NCBI GenBank assembly: GCA_963850305.1
Contig: CAWKKR010000007.1
Span: 704,001-768,000 of the forward strand
Direction: 5' to 3'
Origin: an uncultured delta proteobacterium
GTDB lineage: Bacteria; Myxococcota_A; Polyangia; Polyangiales; Polyangiaceae
Length of the DNA: 64,000 nt
Both the position numbers and the translations under genes were made by a program. Shown piece after piece: positions 1 to 9,987 of the stretch. Each line of letters starts with the position of its first letter. Within the stretch, counting starts at the first letter, position 1. The notes under the pieces are model-generated. The model worked only from the letters and a program-made list of their open reading frames with translations, did not search any database and was not told the DNA's origin.

Positions 1-1
1 C

Positions 2-229
2 GGGACAAAGTTCGACAGTTCCTGGGATCGCGGCACACCGCTCGAGTTCACGGTCGGCGACGGGTCCGTGATTCCCGGCTGGGAGCTCGGGATTCTCGGC
101 ATGAAGAAGGGCGGAAAGCGGAAGCTGACGATCCCGCCGCACCTGGCCTACGGGGAGCAGGGGTCGCCGCCGAAGATCGGTCCGAATGCGACGCTGGTGT
201 TCGTGATGGATTTAGTCGACATTCTTTGA
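2..229 (+). CDS. FKBP-type peptidyl-prolyl cis-trans isomerase, C-terminal part (5' truncated by window)
   Basis: Manual translation in frame 2 (not in ORF track): GTKFDSSWDRGTPLEFTVGDGSVIPGWELGILGMKKGGKRKLTIPPHLAYG...PNATLVFVMDLVDIL*. Contains the FDSS, VIPGW and IPPHLAYG FKBP motifs. Confidence 0.93.
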   Translation, partial: GTKFDSSWDRGTPLEFTVGDGSVIPGWELGILGMKKGGKRKLTIPPHLAYGEQGSPPKIGPNATLVFVMDLVDIL

Positions 230-299
230 CGAAGAGCCGCTTGCTTCGAGCGCGGGGCCATTGCTTGCTCGGGCCTGGGTCTTAGGTACACGCGGAAAA

Positions 300-1709
300 A
301 TGCGCTTTGCTCACGCTTTGCAGCGGGTCGTGACGGGTTCCGCCTGGAGTCCGTTCGGTTCGGTGCGACTCCTTCTTCTGGCATGCGCGTTCTCCCTGAC
401 GGTTCGAGCCGAAAGCGCGCCCCCACCTCCCCCGATGGCGCAGGTGCCGTCGGTGTCGGACCCGATGCTGGCGCCGCCACCCGTCGCGCCCCGGGAGGTG
501 CGGTCGTGGGACGAGGCGCTCAATCTGATCCGGGCGCACTCTCCTGACTACGTCTACGGCTATGAGGGGGTGCTCCGCGCCGAGGCGAACTCGCGCCTCG
601 CCCTCGCGGCCGTTTTGCCCACGCTCACCGGGCAGGCAAGCTACACGCACCAGTTCGTCACGGAGCACCTCGTGCTCGCCGGCGCAACCGTCGTCACGCC
701 GCCGCCGGACGTCCTCGCGGCGAACGCGACGCTGGCGTGGTCGGTAGTGAATCCGCGCGCTCTCTACGCCTACGGCACGTCGCGGAAGGGTGAAGACGCT
801 GCCCGGCTCACCTTCGAAGACCAGCGGCGCCAGATCGCGATCGCTGCAGTCAACGCCATGCTCGCGAGCCTCGCGGCGAACCGCGTGGCGGAGCTCAATC
901 GCGTCGGGCTGCGAACCGCGCTCGAACGGCTGGAGCTCGCCAAGGCTCGGCTCAGATTCGGTCAAGGCACGCCGCTCGACGTGGACCGCGGGGATCAAGA
1001 CGTCGCCGCCGCCCGCGCTCTGCTCATCGCCGGGGACGAAGCGCTCCGTCGAGCCCGGGAGGAGTTCGGGCGCGCACTCGGTTCGCCAGTGCCCATGGGA
1101 GCGCCCGCGAATCTGGACTTCGAGCAGTTCGAGCAGGCCGTGGCGCACACGTGCCGCATGAACCACGACCTCGAGCAACGTCCCGATATCGCCGCGGCGA
1201 GAAAGCACCTGGAACTGGCGGAGCGGGCCGTGCACGACGCGGATCTGCAGCTCGCGCCGTCGTTGACCCTGGCTTCGCAAGCCGGCTACGCGACGGAGGT
1301 CTCCCTCGGTCCGAAACCGCTGTTTTCGGTCCAGGGCGTGCTGAACGTCCCATTCTACGATGGTGGAGCGCGATACGGCGCTCGTCGTGATGCCCTCGCT
1401 GCCGCGGAACAAGCGCGGCAAGCCCTCGTGACCGCGAGACTCGACGCGGTCATCGAATCCGCGCGCGCGGATCGATCCGTCGCGGTCTTCCGCGCGTCCC
1501 GCGACGTGGCGCTGACGGAGCGGGACCTCGCGAAGCGCGTCGATGAGCGTACGCGGAGTGGCTACGCGGGCGGTCTCGGGACGAGTCTCGATCTCGTGAC
1601 GTCCGCGCAGGCGCTCCGGCAAGCGGAGATCACCCTCGTGCTCCGTGAGTTCGACGTCGCGGAAGCGCGCGCCAATGCGGTTCTCGCCAACGCGGAGTGC
1701 GAGTTTTGA
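300..1709 (+). CDS. TolC-family outer membrane efflux protein
   Basis: ORF 261..1709, more likely ATG at 300. Signal-like N-terminus, two OEP-like helical repeats (RPDIAAA, GLGTSLDLVTS), first gene of RND operon. Confidence 0.85.
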   Translation: MRFAHALQRVVTGSAWSPFGSVRLLLLACAFSLTVRAESAPPPPPMAQVPSVSDPMLAPPPVAPREVRSWDEALNLIRAHSPDYVYGYEGVLRAEANSRLALAAVLPTLTGQASYTHQFVTEHLVLAGATVVTPPPDVLAANATLAWSVVNPRALYAYGTSRKGEDAARLTFEDQRRQIAIAAVNAMLASLAANRVAELNRVGLRTALERLELAKARLRFGQGTPLDVDRGDQDVAAARALLIAGDEALRRAREEFGRALGSPVPMGAPANLDFEQFEQAVAHTCRMNHDLEQRPDIAAARKHLELAERAVHDADLQLAPSLTLASQAGYATEVSLGPKPLFSVQGVLNVPFYDGGARYGARRDALAAAEQARQALVTARLDAVIESARADRSVAVFRASRDVALTERDLAKRVDERTRSGYAGGLGTSLDLVTSAQALRQAEITLVLREFDVAEARANAVLANAECEF

Positions 1710-2935
1710 AACCGACGACGAAGAGACTCGGGTTCGCGATCGTGTTCGGCGCGGAGGCCTTGCTCGCCTGCAGCGAGACGAAGAAGGCTGCCGGGCCGCC
1801 CCCGCCACCGCTCGTGTACGTCACGACAGTCGTCCGTCGCGACGTGCCTCTCTACACGGAAGCCGTCGCGACGCTAGATGGTTACGTCAATGCGGACATC
1901 CGTGCCCGCGTTCGCGGTTATCTCCGGACGCAGGACTACAAGGACGGGTCTTCGGTGAAGACGGGCGACAAGCTTTTCTCGATCGAGGAAGCCGAGTATC
2001 GTGCGGCACTCGCGGCGGCGGACGCGGCGGTCGCTCGAGCACGGGCCGCCCAGGCGCACGACCACGTTCAGGTCGAGCGCTACCAGGGTCTCGTGAAGAC
2101 CGGGGTCGTGTCGCGGCAGGACCTCGACAACGTGAGCACGGGCTTGGCGGACGCGGACGGTCAGGTCGCCGCGGCGGCCGCTGCTCGCGAGGAGGCCGCG
2201 CTCAACCTGTCTTACACGACGATCCGGTCGCCCATCGACGGTATTGCCGGGGTTGCGCTGGTGCGCGTCGGCAATCTCGTGGGGCAAGAAGGCCCGACTC
2301 TGCTGACGACGGTCTCGCAGGTCGACCCGATGCGGGTCTCGTTCCCGATGGCAGAAGCCGACTATCTGAAATACCCGTATCGAGAAAAGAGTCTCGACGC
2401 GCGCGACCTCGCGTGGGCAAAAAAGGAGTTTCCGATCCTCGACGCGACGGGAAAGACGGAGGATGGCGACCCCGGAGTCGAGCTCGTCCTCTCGGATGGA
2501 AGCACTTTCGCGCATCGTGGGGTGATCGTGTCGGTGAACCGCCAGGTCGACTCGAGCACCGGCACCATCCAGATCCAAGCGCTGGTGTCGAACCCCGACG
2601 GCGCGCTGCGACCCGGACAATACGGGCGTGTCCGCATCCGGAGGCGGGACGCGGGTCACGAGGTGCTGGTGGTCCCCGAGCGTTCGTTGGTCTCCGTCCA
2701 GGGGACGTACTCGGTGGGCGTCGTGGGACCGGACAACGAGGTCCACCTGAAGAAGGTGGACCTCGGTCCGAGCGTGCACGGACTTCAATTGATCGACGAT
2801 GGGGTCGCCGCCGGCGATCGGATCGTGGTGGAGGGCGTGCAGAAGATCAGCGACGGCATCGTCGTAGAGCCGAGGCCGATGCCCGAGAGTCCGCCCGCGT
2901 CTCCCGCTTCCTCCGCGAGCGCAGGGTCGCCGTGA
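1697..2935 (+). CDS. RND efflux periplasmic adaptor (MFP) subunit
   Basis: Lipobox-like ALLAC; IRARVRGYL, LSYTTIRSPIDG and VDSSTGT motifs; overlaps the TolC stop. Confidence 0.93.
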   Translation: MRVLKPTTKRLGFAIVFGAEALLACSETKKAAGPPPPPLVYVTTVVRRDVPLYTEAVATLDGYVNADIRARVRGYLRTQDYKDGSSVKTGDKLFSIEEAEYRAALAAADAAVARARAAQAHDHVQVERYQGLVKTGVVSRQDLDNVSTGLADADGQVAAAAAAREEAALNLSYTTIRSPIDGIAGVALVRVGNLVGQEGPTLLTTVSQVDPMRVSFPMAEADYLKYPYREKSLDARDLAWAKKEFPILDATGKTEDGDPGVELVLSDGSTFAHRGVIVSVNRQVDSSTGTIQIQALVSNPDGALRPGQYGRVRIRRRDAGHEVLVVPERSLVSVQGTYSVGVVGPDNEVHLKKVDLGPSVHGLQLIDDGVAAGDRIVVEGVQKISDGIVVEPRPMPESPPASPASSASAGSP

Positions 2936-2951
2936 GGCGCGGAGCTCGCTG

Positions 2952-5900
2952 ATGTCCGCGTTCTTCATCCGGCGTCCCATAGTGGCGATGGTCATCGCCA
3001 TCATCACGGTTCTCCTCGGGCTCGTGTCGCTCGTGGGTCTGCCCATCGCTCAGTTCCCACAGATCTTGCCCCCGCAGATCAACCTCACCACGACGTATAC
3101 GGGCGCCGATGCGCTCACCATCGAGCAGTCCGTCGCGACGCCGATCGAGCAGCAGATGAACGGCGTGGATCGGATGCTCTACATCCAGTCCACGAACGCG
3201 AACGACGGCACGATGAACCAGACCGTCACGTTCGACGTCGGCACGAACATCGACGTCGACAACGTGCTCGTCAATAACCGATTCTCGCAGGCCCAGCCAT
3301 TCTTGCCCGAGGACGTGAAGAACTTCGGCGTGACGATCAAGAAGTCGCTCGCCTTCCCGTTGATGGTCTTCTCCCTCTACTCGCCTGACGACCGCTACGA
3401 CCCCACGTTTCTCGCCAATTACTCGCTTATCAACATCAATGACGCCCTCTTGCGCGTGAAGGGCGTCGGGGACGTCCGCAATCTCGGCGCGTCGGATTAT
3501 TCGATGCGGATCTGGCTGAACCCGGACACCCTCGCGCGCCTCGGGCTCACCGTGGGCGACGTACAGAACGCCATTCGTCAGCAGAATGTGGTGAATCCCG
3601 CGGGCCAGGTCGGGGCGGAACCCGCGCCGCCCGGTCAGGAACTGACGTACACCGTTCGTGCCCAGGGGCGGCTCGTCGAGCCAGAGCAGTTCGGCGCGGT
3701 CATCGTTCGCCAGAATGCGGATGGCTCCAGCGTGCACCTGAGAGACGTCGCGCGGATCGAGCTCGGCGCGCTGAACTACCAGCAATACGGCACGTTCAAC
3801 GGGAAGCCGGCGGCGGTCATCGCCGCCTTCCAGACTCCTGGGTCCAACGCCCTCGAGGTTGCGGATAATCTGCGAAAGACGATGGCCGACCTGGCGAAGC
3901 GATTCCCACCGGGCGTCGAATCCCGGGTCTCGCTCGATACGACCGCGCCGGTGAAGGCAGGCATGCGCGAGATCATCCAGACGCTGCTCGAAGCAGTGGC
4001 CCTCGTGGTGCTGGTGGTGTTCGTCTTTCTCCAGAGCGCTCGCGCGACGCTGATCCCTCTCCTGACCGTTCCGGTCTCGCTCGTGGGCACCTTCGCTTTG
4101 TTTCCGCTCCTCGGGTTTTCGGTCAACACGCTGTCGCTGTTCGGGCTGGTGCTCGCCATCGGACTCGTCGTCGACGACGCGATCATCGTGGTGGAGGCGG
4201 TCGAGCACCACATCGAGCAGGGGATGTCAACGAAGGACGCGACGTACCGCGCCATGAAGGAGGTGACGGGCCCGGTCGTGGCCATCGCGCTGATTCTCAC
4301 CGCGGTGTTCGTCCCCGTTGCGTTCATGGCCGGGATCGCGGGTCGGCTCTATCAACAGTTTGCGCTGACGATCGCCATCTCGGTCGTCATCTCCGCGTTC
4401 AACGCGCTCACGTTGAGCCCGGCGCTGAGTGCCCTCCTGCTCCGGCCTCGACGGGAGCAGACCGGGCTCCTCGGACGGCTCGGACGCGGATTCAATCGCG
4501 GGTTCACGCGGGCGACGGATGGATACATTTCCCTCAATCGCAGGCTCATCCGGAAGATTGCGATTCCGCTCGTTCTGCTCGCGGGCATCACGGCCATCTC
4601 CGCGGTCATAGGGCGCAAGATCCCGTCAGGGTTCGTTCCGGACGAAGATCAAGGGTACGCGGTGATCGGGGTTCAGCTGCCGGACGGTGCGTCCCTGCAG
4701 CGCACGCGCGCCGTTTACGACAAGATCAACGCAATCATCGACAAGCAGCCCGGCATCAGGACGTACAACGGGGTCGCAGGCTTCAGCTTTTTCACGCGCA
4801 CGGCTGCCAGCTACACGGGCACCGGCTTCATCGGCTTGAAGCCCTGGGACGAGAGGGACACGCCCGAGCTCGAGTCGAGCGCCATCCTGCGAAAGCTGAA
4901 CGCGGCGTTTGCCGGGATTCCGGAGGGGCGCGTCTTCGCGGTGGCGCCACCGGCCATTCCCGGGATCAGCTCCGCGGGCGGCTTCAGTCTCATGCTCCAG
5001 GATCGCAGCGGCGGCTCCTACGATTTCCTCGCCAAGAACGTTCGGTTGTTTCTCGCCGCGGCGAAGAAGCGTCCCGAGCTCTCCGGACTCCGGCCCATCT
5101 TTTCGCCGTCGGTGCCGCAGCTCTTTGCGGACGTGGACAAGGAGAAGGCGATGAAGGAGGGGGTGACCGTCAGCGAGATATACAACGCGCTCCAGACCTT
5201 CCTCGGCGGCGCGTACATCAACGATTTTTCGCGCTTCGGGCGGCAGTGGCGCGTTTTCCTGCAAGCCGAGCCGCGCTTCCGCACGAGCGCGGACGACATC
5301 GGGCACTTTTACGTGCGCAGCCTGAAGGGCGACATGGTGCCCCTTTCGTCGTTCGTGCACATTCGCGCCACGACGGGGCCGGAGTACACGGTTCGGTTCA
5401 ATCTTTATCGCGCCGTCGAGGTCCAGGGGATGCCCGCCGAAGGGTACAGCTCCGGTCAGGCGATCGCGGCGCTGGAGCAGGTCGCGGCGGAGGTGCTTCC
5501 GCCGGAGATGGGGTACTCGTGGAACGCGCTTTCGTATCAAGAGCGGGTTTCGTCGGGGAGTTCGACGCGCGTGCTCGGGTTGTCGCTCATCTTCGTTTTC
5601 CTGATCCTCGCGGCGCTCTACGAAAGCTGGTCGCTGCCGTTCAGCGTGCTCTTGAGCACGCCGGTCGCGGTCATGGGCGCCTTCATCGGGCTCGTGTCGC
5701 GGCACTTCGCCAACAACGTGTACGCGCAGATCGGGCTGGTGATGCTCGTCGGCTTGACGGCGAAGAATGCGATTCTGATCGTGGAGTTCGCCAAGGCCGA
5801 GCTCGAGCGGGGACGTTCGATCGTCGATGCGGCGCTCGAGGGGGCCCGCCTCCGTCTCCGTCCGATCCTGATGACGTCGTTCGCGTTCATCTTCGGGTGC

Positions 5901-6104
5901 CTGCCGCTGTGCGTGGCGTCGGGCGCCGGCGCGGGGGCCCGGCGGATGCTCGGCACGGCCGTAGTCTCGGGCATGCTCGCGGCAACGCTTCTCGGGACGC
6001 TGCTCATTCCCGCCCTGTTCGTCTTCGTCGAGCGCCTGACTTCGCGAAAGGCGAAGGGCGGGCACGACGGCGACCGGACCGGAAGCGTCACCTCGTCTTC
6101 ATGA
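2952..6104 (+). CDS. RND multidrug efflux permease, AcrB/HAE1 family
   Basis: 1050 aa; MSAFFIRRP start; proton-relay motifs GLVVDDAIIVVE, TAKNAILIVE, RLRPILMTS. Confidence 0.96.
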   Translation: MSAFFIRRPIVAMVIAIITVLLGLVSLVGLPIAQFPQILPPQINLTTTYTGADALTIEQSVATPIEQQMNGVDRMLYIQSTNANDGTMNQTVTFDVGTNIDVDNVLVNNRFSQAQPFLPEDVKNFGVTIKKSLAFPLMVFSLYSPDDRYDPTFLANYSLININDALLRVKGVGDVRNLGASDYSMRIWLNPDTLARLGLTVGDVQNAIRQQNVVNPAGQVGAEPAPPGQELTYTVRAQGRLVEPEQFGAVIVRQNADGSSVHLRDVARIELGALNYQQYGTFNGKPAAVIAAFQTPGSNALEVADNLRKTMADLAKRFPPGVESRVSLDTTAPVKAGMREIIQTLLEAVALVVLVVFVFLQSARATLIPLLTVPVSLVGTFALFPLLGFSVNTLSLFGLVLAIGLVVDDAIIVVEAVEHHIEQGMSTKDATYRAMKEVTGPVVAIALILTAVFVPVAFMAGIAGRLYQQFALTIAISVVISAFNALTLSPALSALLLRPRREQTGLLGRLGRGFNRGFTRATDGYISLNRRLIRKIAIPLVLLAGITAISAVIGRKIPSGFVPDEDQGYAVIGVQLPDGASLQRTRAVYDKINAIIDKQPGIRTYNGVAGFSFFTRTAASYTGTGFIGLKPWDERDTPELESSAILRKLNAAFAGIPEGRVFAVAPPAIPGISSAGGFSLMLQDRSGGSYDFLAKNVRLFLAAAKKRPELSGLRPIFSPSVPQLFADVDKEKAMKEGVTVSEIYNALQTFLGGAYINDFSRFGRQWRVFLQAEPRFRTSADDIGHFYVRSLKGDMVPLSSFVHIRATTGPEYTVRFNLYRAVEVQGMPAEGYSSGQAIAALEQVAAEVLPPEMGYSWNALSYQERVSSGSSTRVLGLSLIFVFLILAALYESWSLPFSVLLSTPVAVMGAFIGLVSRHFANNVYAQIGLVMLVGLTAKNAILIVEFAKAELERGRSIVDAALEGARLRLRPILMTSFAFIFGCLPLCVASGAGAGARRMLGTAVVSGMLAATLLGTLLIPALFVFVERLTSRKAKGGHDGDRTGSVTSSS

Positions 6105-6272
6105 GGAGAGCGCTCGGTTGCGTTCGGCGCCGGCCGCGCAGGGCGCCCCCTAGACCGCTGATCTCACAGCCAACCACATACCCCTACCTTGTAACGTTTG
6201 GGTCTGATGAAGATGGCTCAATTGAGCGCCGGCCTAGGGGCCGGAGATGCGCTAGGGTGTCAGCCGGCGCCC

Positions 6273-8907
6273 ATGAAGCATATCGTTCTCGGAGCTCTCG
6301 CCCTGGTGGCTTTGGTTGGCTGCGCGACGGGGGAGAGTGTTGGGTCGACGTCCTCGTTCGATGCAGGATTCGGGACGGGCGGATCGGGTTTCGGCAGCGG
6401 CGGTGCGACGGGTTCGGGCGGAGCGGGTGCGGGCGGCTTCCAGGTCGCCGGGACCGGTGGTGCGACGGGTGGAGCGACCGGCACCGGTGGGGCGTTCGGC
6501 GCGGGCGGTTCCGGCGGTGCCGAGACGGACGGTGGCGTGGTTCCCGACGGGGGCTCGGCTGGCGGCGCATCCGCGGGGGGCGGAAGCGGCACCGGTGGCG
6601 CCGGCACGTGCACGGACCCGACGCAGAAATCTTGCAACGGAAGCTGCGCGGCGCCGAGTCCTGCGATCGGATGCGATCTCACGAATTGCACGCCGTGTCC
6701 CGGGACGAGCAATGGATATCCGCTGTGCAACGGGACGACGTGCGATTTTGCGTGTAACCCGAACTACACGCTGACGAACGGCGCCTGCGCAGCACCGACC
6801 GGCACGGGCAACTGCACGGACGGAACGAAGGACGGCGCCGAGACGGACGTCGATTGCGGCGGCGGCACGTGCCCTGCGTGCGGCGACGGCAAGATATGCA
6901 CGACCGGTACCGATTGCGGCAGCGACGTCTGCAAGAAGGGGACCGGTTTTAATGCCAAGTCCACGTGTCAGACCGCGTCGTGTTCCGACGGTGTCAAGAA
7001 CGGCGCTGAGACGGACGTCGACTGCGGTGGCAACTGCGGTGCGACGTGCGCTCCGGGCAAGGCCTGCGGCGGCAACGCGGACTGCTCCAAGGGCCCGTGC
7101 ACGGCGGGCGTGTGCGGCTGCACGCCGTACACGTGCGACAGCCCGGCCATCGGCGGCAAGTGCGGCAACTTCAGCGACAATTGCACGAGCACCATCACGT
7201 GCGGCTGCATCAATTCGGGCGACGTGTGCACGACCGCGGGCGCCTGTTGCACGCCGATCACGACGTGCGGGGCGACCCAGTGCGGGACGCTCCCCGACGG
7301 GTGCGGCGGCACTCCCCTGACTTGCCCCGTCACGTGTCAGTCCCCGAACACCTGCGGCGGAGCAGGCGTCGCGAACCAGTGCGGTTGGTCCTGCGCTGAC
7401 GGCGCGAAGGACAATGCCGAGACGGACGTCGACTGCGGCGGCGGCACGTGTCCGACCTGTGCCGACGGAAAGGCTTGCGGAGCCGGGACCGATTGCGTGA
7501 GCAGCGTCTGCACGAACAAGGTGTGCCAGCCGAGTTGCTCGGACGGCGTCAAGAATGGCAACGAGACGGACGTCGATTGCGGCGGCGGAACTTGCGCCGC
7601 GTGCGCGAACGGGAAGGCGTGCAGCGTCGACTCGGATTGTACCGTGTCGAACTGTCTTCGAGACGTGTGCACCGCCCCTGTCTGCACGACCAACGGCACA
7701 AAGGACGGGACCGAGACCGGCGTCGATTGCGGGGGCGGCTGCGCCAAGTGCCCCGTCGGACAATCTTGCTCGGAAGCGACGGACTGCCAGACGGCGGATT
7801 GCACGGGGAGTTCCTGCGCCTGTCCCAGCTACGAGAATCCCTCCTTCGGTGAACGTGGACGCCACGCAGTGGAATTATTTCGATTCCCCTACGTGGAACT
7901 GCAATGCCGCGGGCACGACGACGATCGACTCGAACGCGGGAACCGTCACGAGCACGAGTTGCGCTCTCGGGACGCTGGACGTCACGAACGGCGTCTCGCA
8001 GACGACGGGTGGCTCGACGGTGATGGTCGTCCGGCTCCAGGGACTCACAGTGACGAACGGGCATCTGATTCAGCTGAAGGGCGATAAGCCCATCGTCTTC
8101 CTCGTGGCAGGTAACGTCGTGATCGACACGGGGGGGATGATCGATGCGAGCGCGAACGGAGCGACTGCTGGCCCCGGTGGCAGCATCGCCACGCAGTGCA
8201 CGGGGTCCACGGGCGGGAGCGCTTCATCGAAGAGCATCGGCGGCGGCGGCGGCGGCTTCGGCACGGCAGGTGGATACGGCGCGAAGGTCGACGGTTCGAG
8301 CGGTAGCGCTGGGGGAGCCGTGAGTGCGATAACCAACCTTCAACCGCTACGCGGCGGATGCTCCGGCGGAGCCGGCGGAGGATCGGATGCTGGCGCCGGC
8401 GGCGGCGCGTTCGAGATCAGCGCGTCCGGGACGATCACCATCGGGCATTCGGGCGACACGGCGACGACGACCGGGACGCTGAGTGCGGCAGGCGGTTACT
8501 CCCTCGGCGCGACCGGGACGAACTCCGGCAGCGGCGGAGCAGGGAGCGGCGGCGGAATACTTCTCGTGTCGCCGGCTACGACGGCTTTCGGCACGAGCGG
8601 CGCGGTACGCGTCCACGGCGGCGGCTCGGGTTCTGGCCGGGGCATCAACAGCAACGGCAAGAACGGCACGAACGGCCACACCGCGGACAATACCGCGGCC
8701 GCCGGGGGCGCAGCCCCGGACATCAACGGCGCCGCGGGCGTCAAGGGCGGGCTCTGCGCGGGCAATGGTTGCTCGGTCGCCTCCGCGGTGGGCGCGAACG
8801 GCACGCATGCAGCAGCCGGCCCGAACCTCGACGGCTCTGGCGGCGGTGGCGGCGGCGGCCGAGTTCAGACGATCACCGCAGCGGCCACCCCACTCGTTTG
8901 CAATTGA
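6273..8907 (+). CDS. Cys-rich repeat / Gly-rich surface lipoprotein, about 877 aa if one frameshift near 7825-7850 is corrected
   Basis: MKHIVLGALALVALVGC lipoprotein signal; five ET(D/G)VDCGG Cys modules in ORF 6198..8087. Protein-like sequence continues in the +1 frame (ORF 7555..8907) from ...NVDATQWNYF into a Gly-rich C-terminal domain. Confidence 0.75.
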
Positions 8908-8961
8908 GCACGCGCGGGGCCAGCGCTCCCTGACGGAACCCAGGTCCGGAGAGCGCCCCCT

Positions 8962-9798
8962 TCAGCAGCCCTGGTGCGTGAAGTTGCAGGACTTGGTGCT
9001 GATGGAGGTGAAGCGGTTGCCCGCGCCAGTGCAGGTCTCCTCGCAACTGCTCGCCCCGCAAATGAACGTTGCTTCGAGACATGCATCCGCGCCCGTACAG
9101 GCGAGGCTACACGGTCCGCTTCCGCAAGCCAGAGTGGCGTACTCGCAGGCTCCCACGCCCGAGCAGGTGATGTCGCAAGCCCAGCCCTTCGGACAGAGGA
9201 TCGTGCCGGCGACGCAGCTGCCCGCACCGATGCAATCGATGTCACAGATCCCACCATCGCAGCGGCTGCACCCTGCCGGACACTTCCCGGCGGGCGCTGT
9301 GTAGGCTCCGCACGCGGGTGCGCCTCCTGCTCCGCCGTCGGTTCCGCTCGCGCCGCCGGTTCCGCTCGCGCCGCCGGTTCCGCTCACGCCGCCGGTTCCG
9401 CTCGCGCCGCCAGTTCCGCTCGCGCCGCCGGTTCCGCTCGCGCCGCCGGTTCCGCTCACGCCGCCACCCCCGTCGAGGGTGCCCCCGTCCGCTGCAGCGT
9501 CGCCGCCAGTTGCGCCGCTATCTACGTCAGCGCCGCCGTTGCCGGCTGACCCACCGCCACTGAACGCGCCCCCGTTGCCGAATGCTCCACCGGTCCCGAA
9601 CATGCCGCCGGACGAGGCGCCAGCGCCGCCGGATCCCGATCCGATGCCGCCTGTCGACGTCGCTCCCCCGGCGGTCGGCGCGCCGGCGGTTCCGCTCGCG
9701 CCTCCATCGTTTGCCCCGAAGAGGTCGGTGGCCGTGCCGCCGCCGCAGCCGACCATGAGCATCGTCGAGAGTGCCGGTGCCAGGAAATGAAGGCGCAC
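8962..9798 (-). CDS. Gly-rich linker / Cys-rich C-terminal lipoprotein, unknown function
   Basis: GTG start at 9798 gives MRLHFLAPALSTMLMVGC (lipobox); GGASGT repeats; C-terminal repeated C-x-G-x-x-x-C units. Confidence 0.75.
   Translation of the reverse strand: MRLHFLAPALSTMLMVGCGGGTATDLFGANDGGASGTAGAPTAGGATSTGGIGSGSGGAGASSGGMFGTGGAFGNGGAFSGGGSAGNGGADVDSGATGGDAAADGGTLDGGGGVSGTGGASGTGGASGTGGASGTGGVSGTGGASGTGGASGTDGGAGGAPACGAYTAPAGKCPAGCSRCDGGICDIDCIGAGSCVAGTILCPKGWACDITCSGVGACEYATLACGSGPCSLACTGADACLEATFICGASSCEETCTGAGNRFTSISTKSCNFTHQGC
9340..9465. repeat. 18-bp tandem repeat, 7 copies (GGTTCCGCTCGCGCCGCC), encoding GG(A/V)SGT
   Basis: Read directly from the sequence; in-frame within the 8962..9798 gene. 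Confidence 0.92.
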
Positions 9799-9987
9799 CG
9801 AACGAGAATACGCTCCGCGTCGGGATTCCGCCCGGGTGATCGACGTCGTTCGAGCCACCCCCCACCTTTCATCAGTCTTCCCCCGATGGACGCCAACTCG
9901 GGACGGATGAGAGTATTCGATCATCCAGGCGCAATAACGCCGCGCCGGTCGTCGCCATCGAGCGTCACACCTCGCCTCACCTGGATC

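Noticed and set aside
6205..6250. CTGATGA core suggesting a hammerhead ribozyme
   Set aside because: No matching GAAA and cleavage-triplet arrangement after the adjacent stem.
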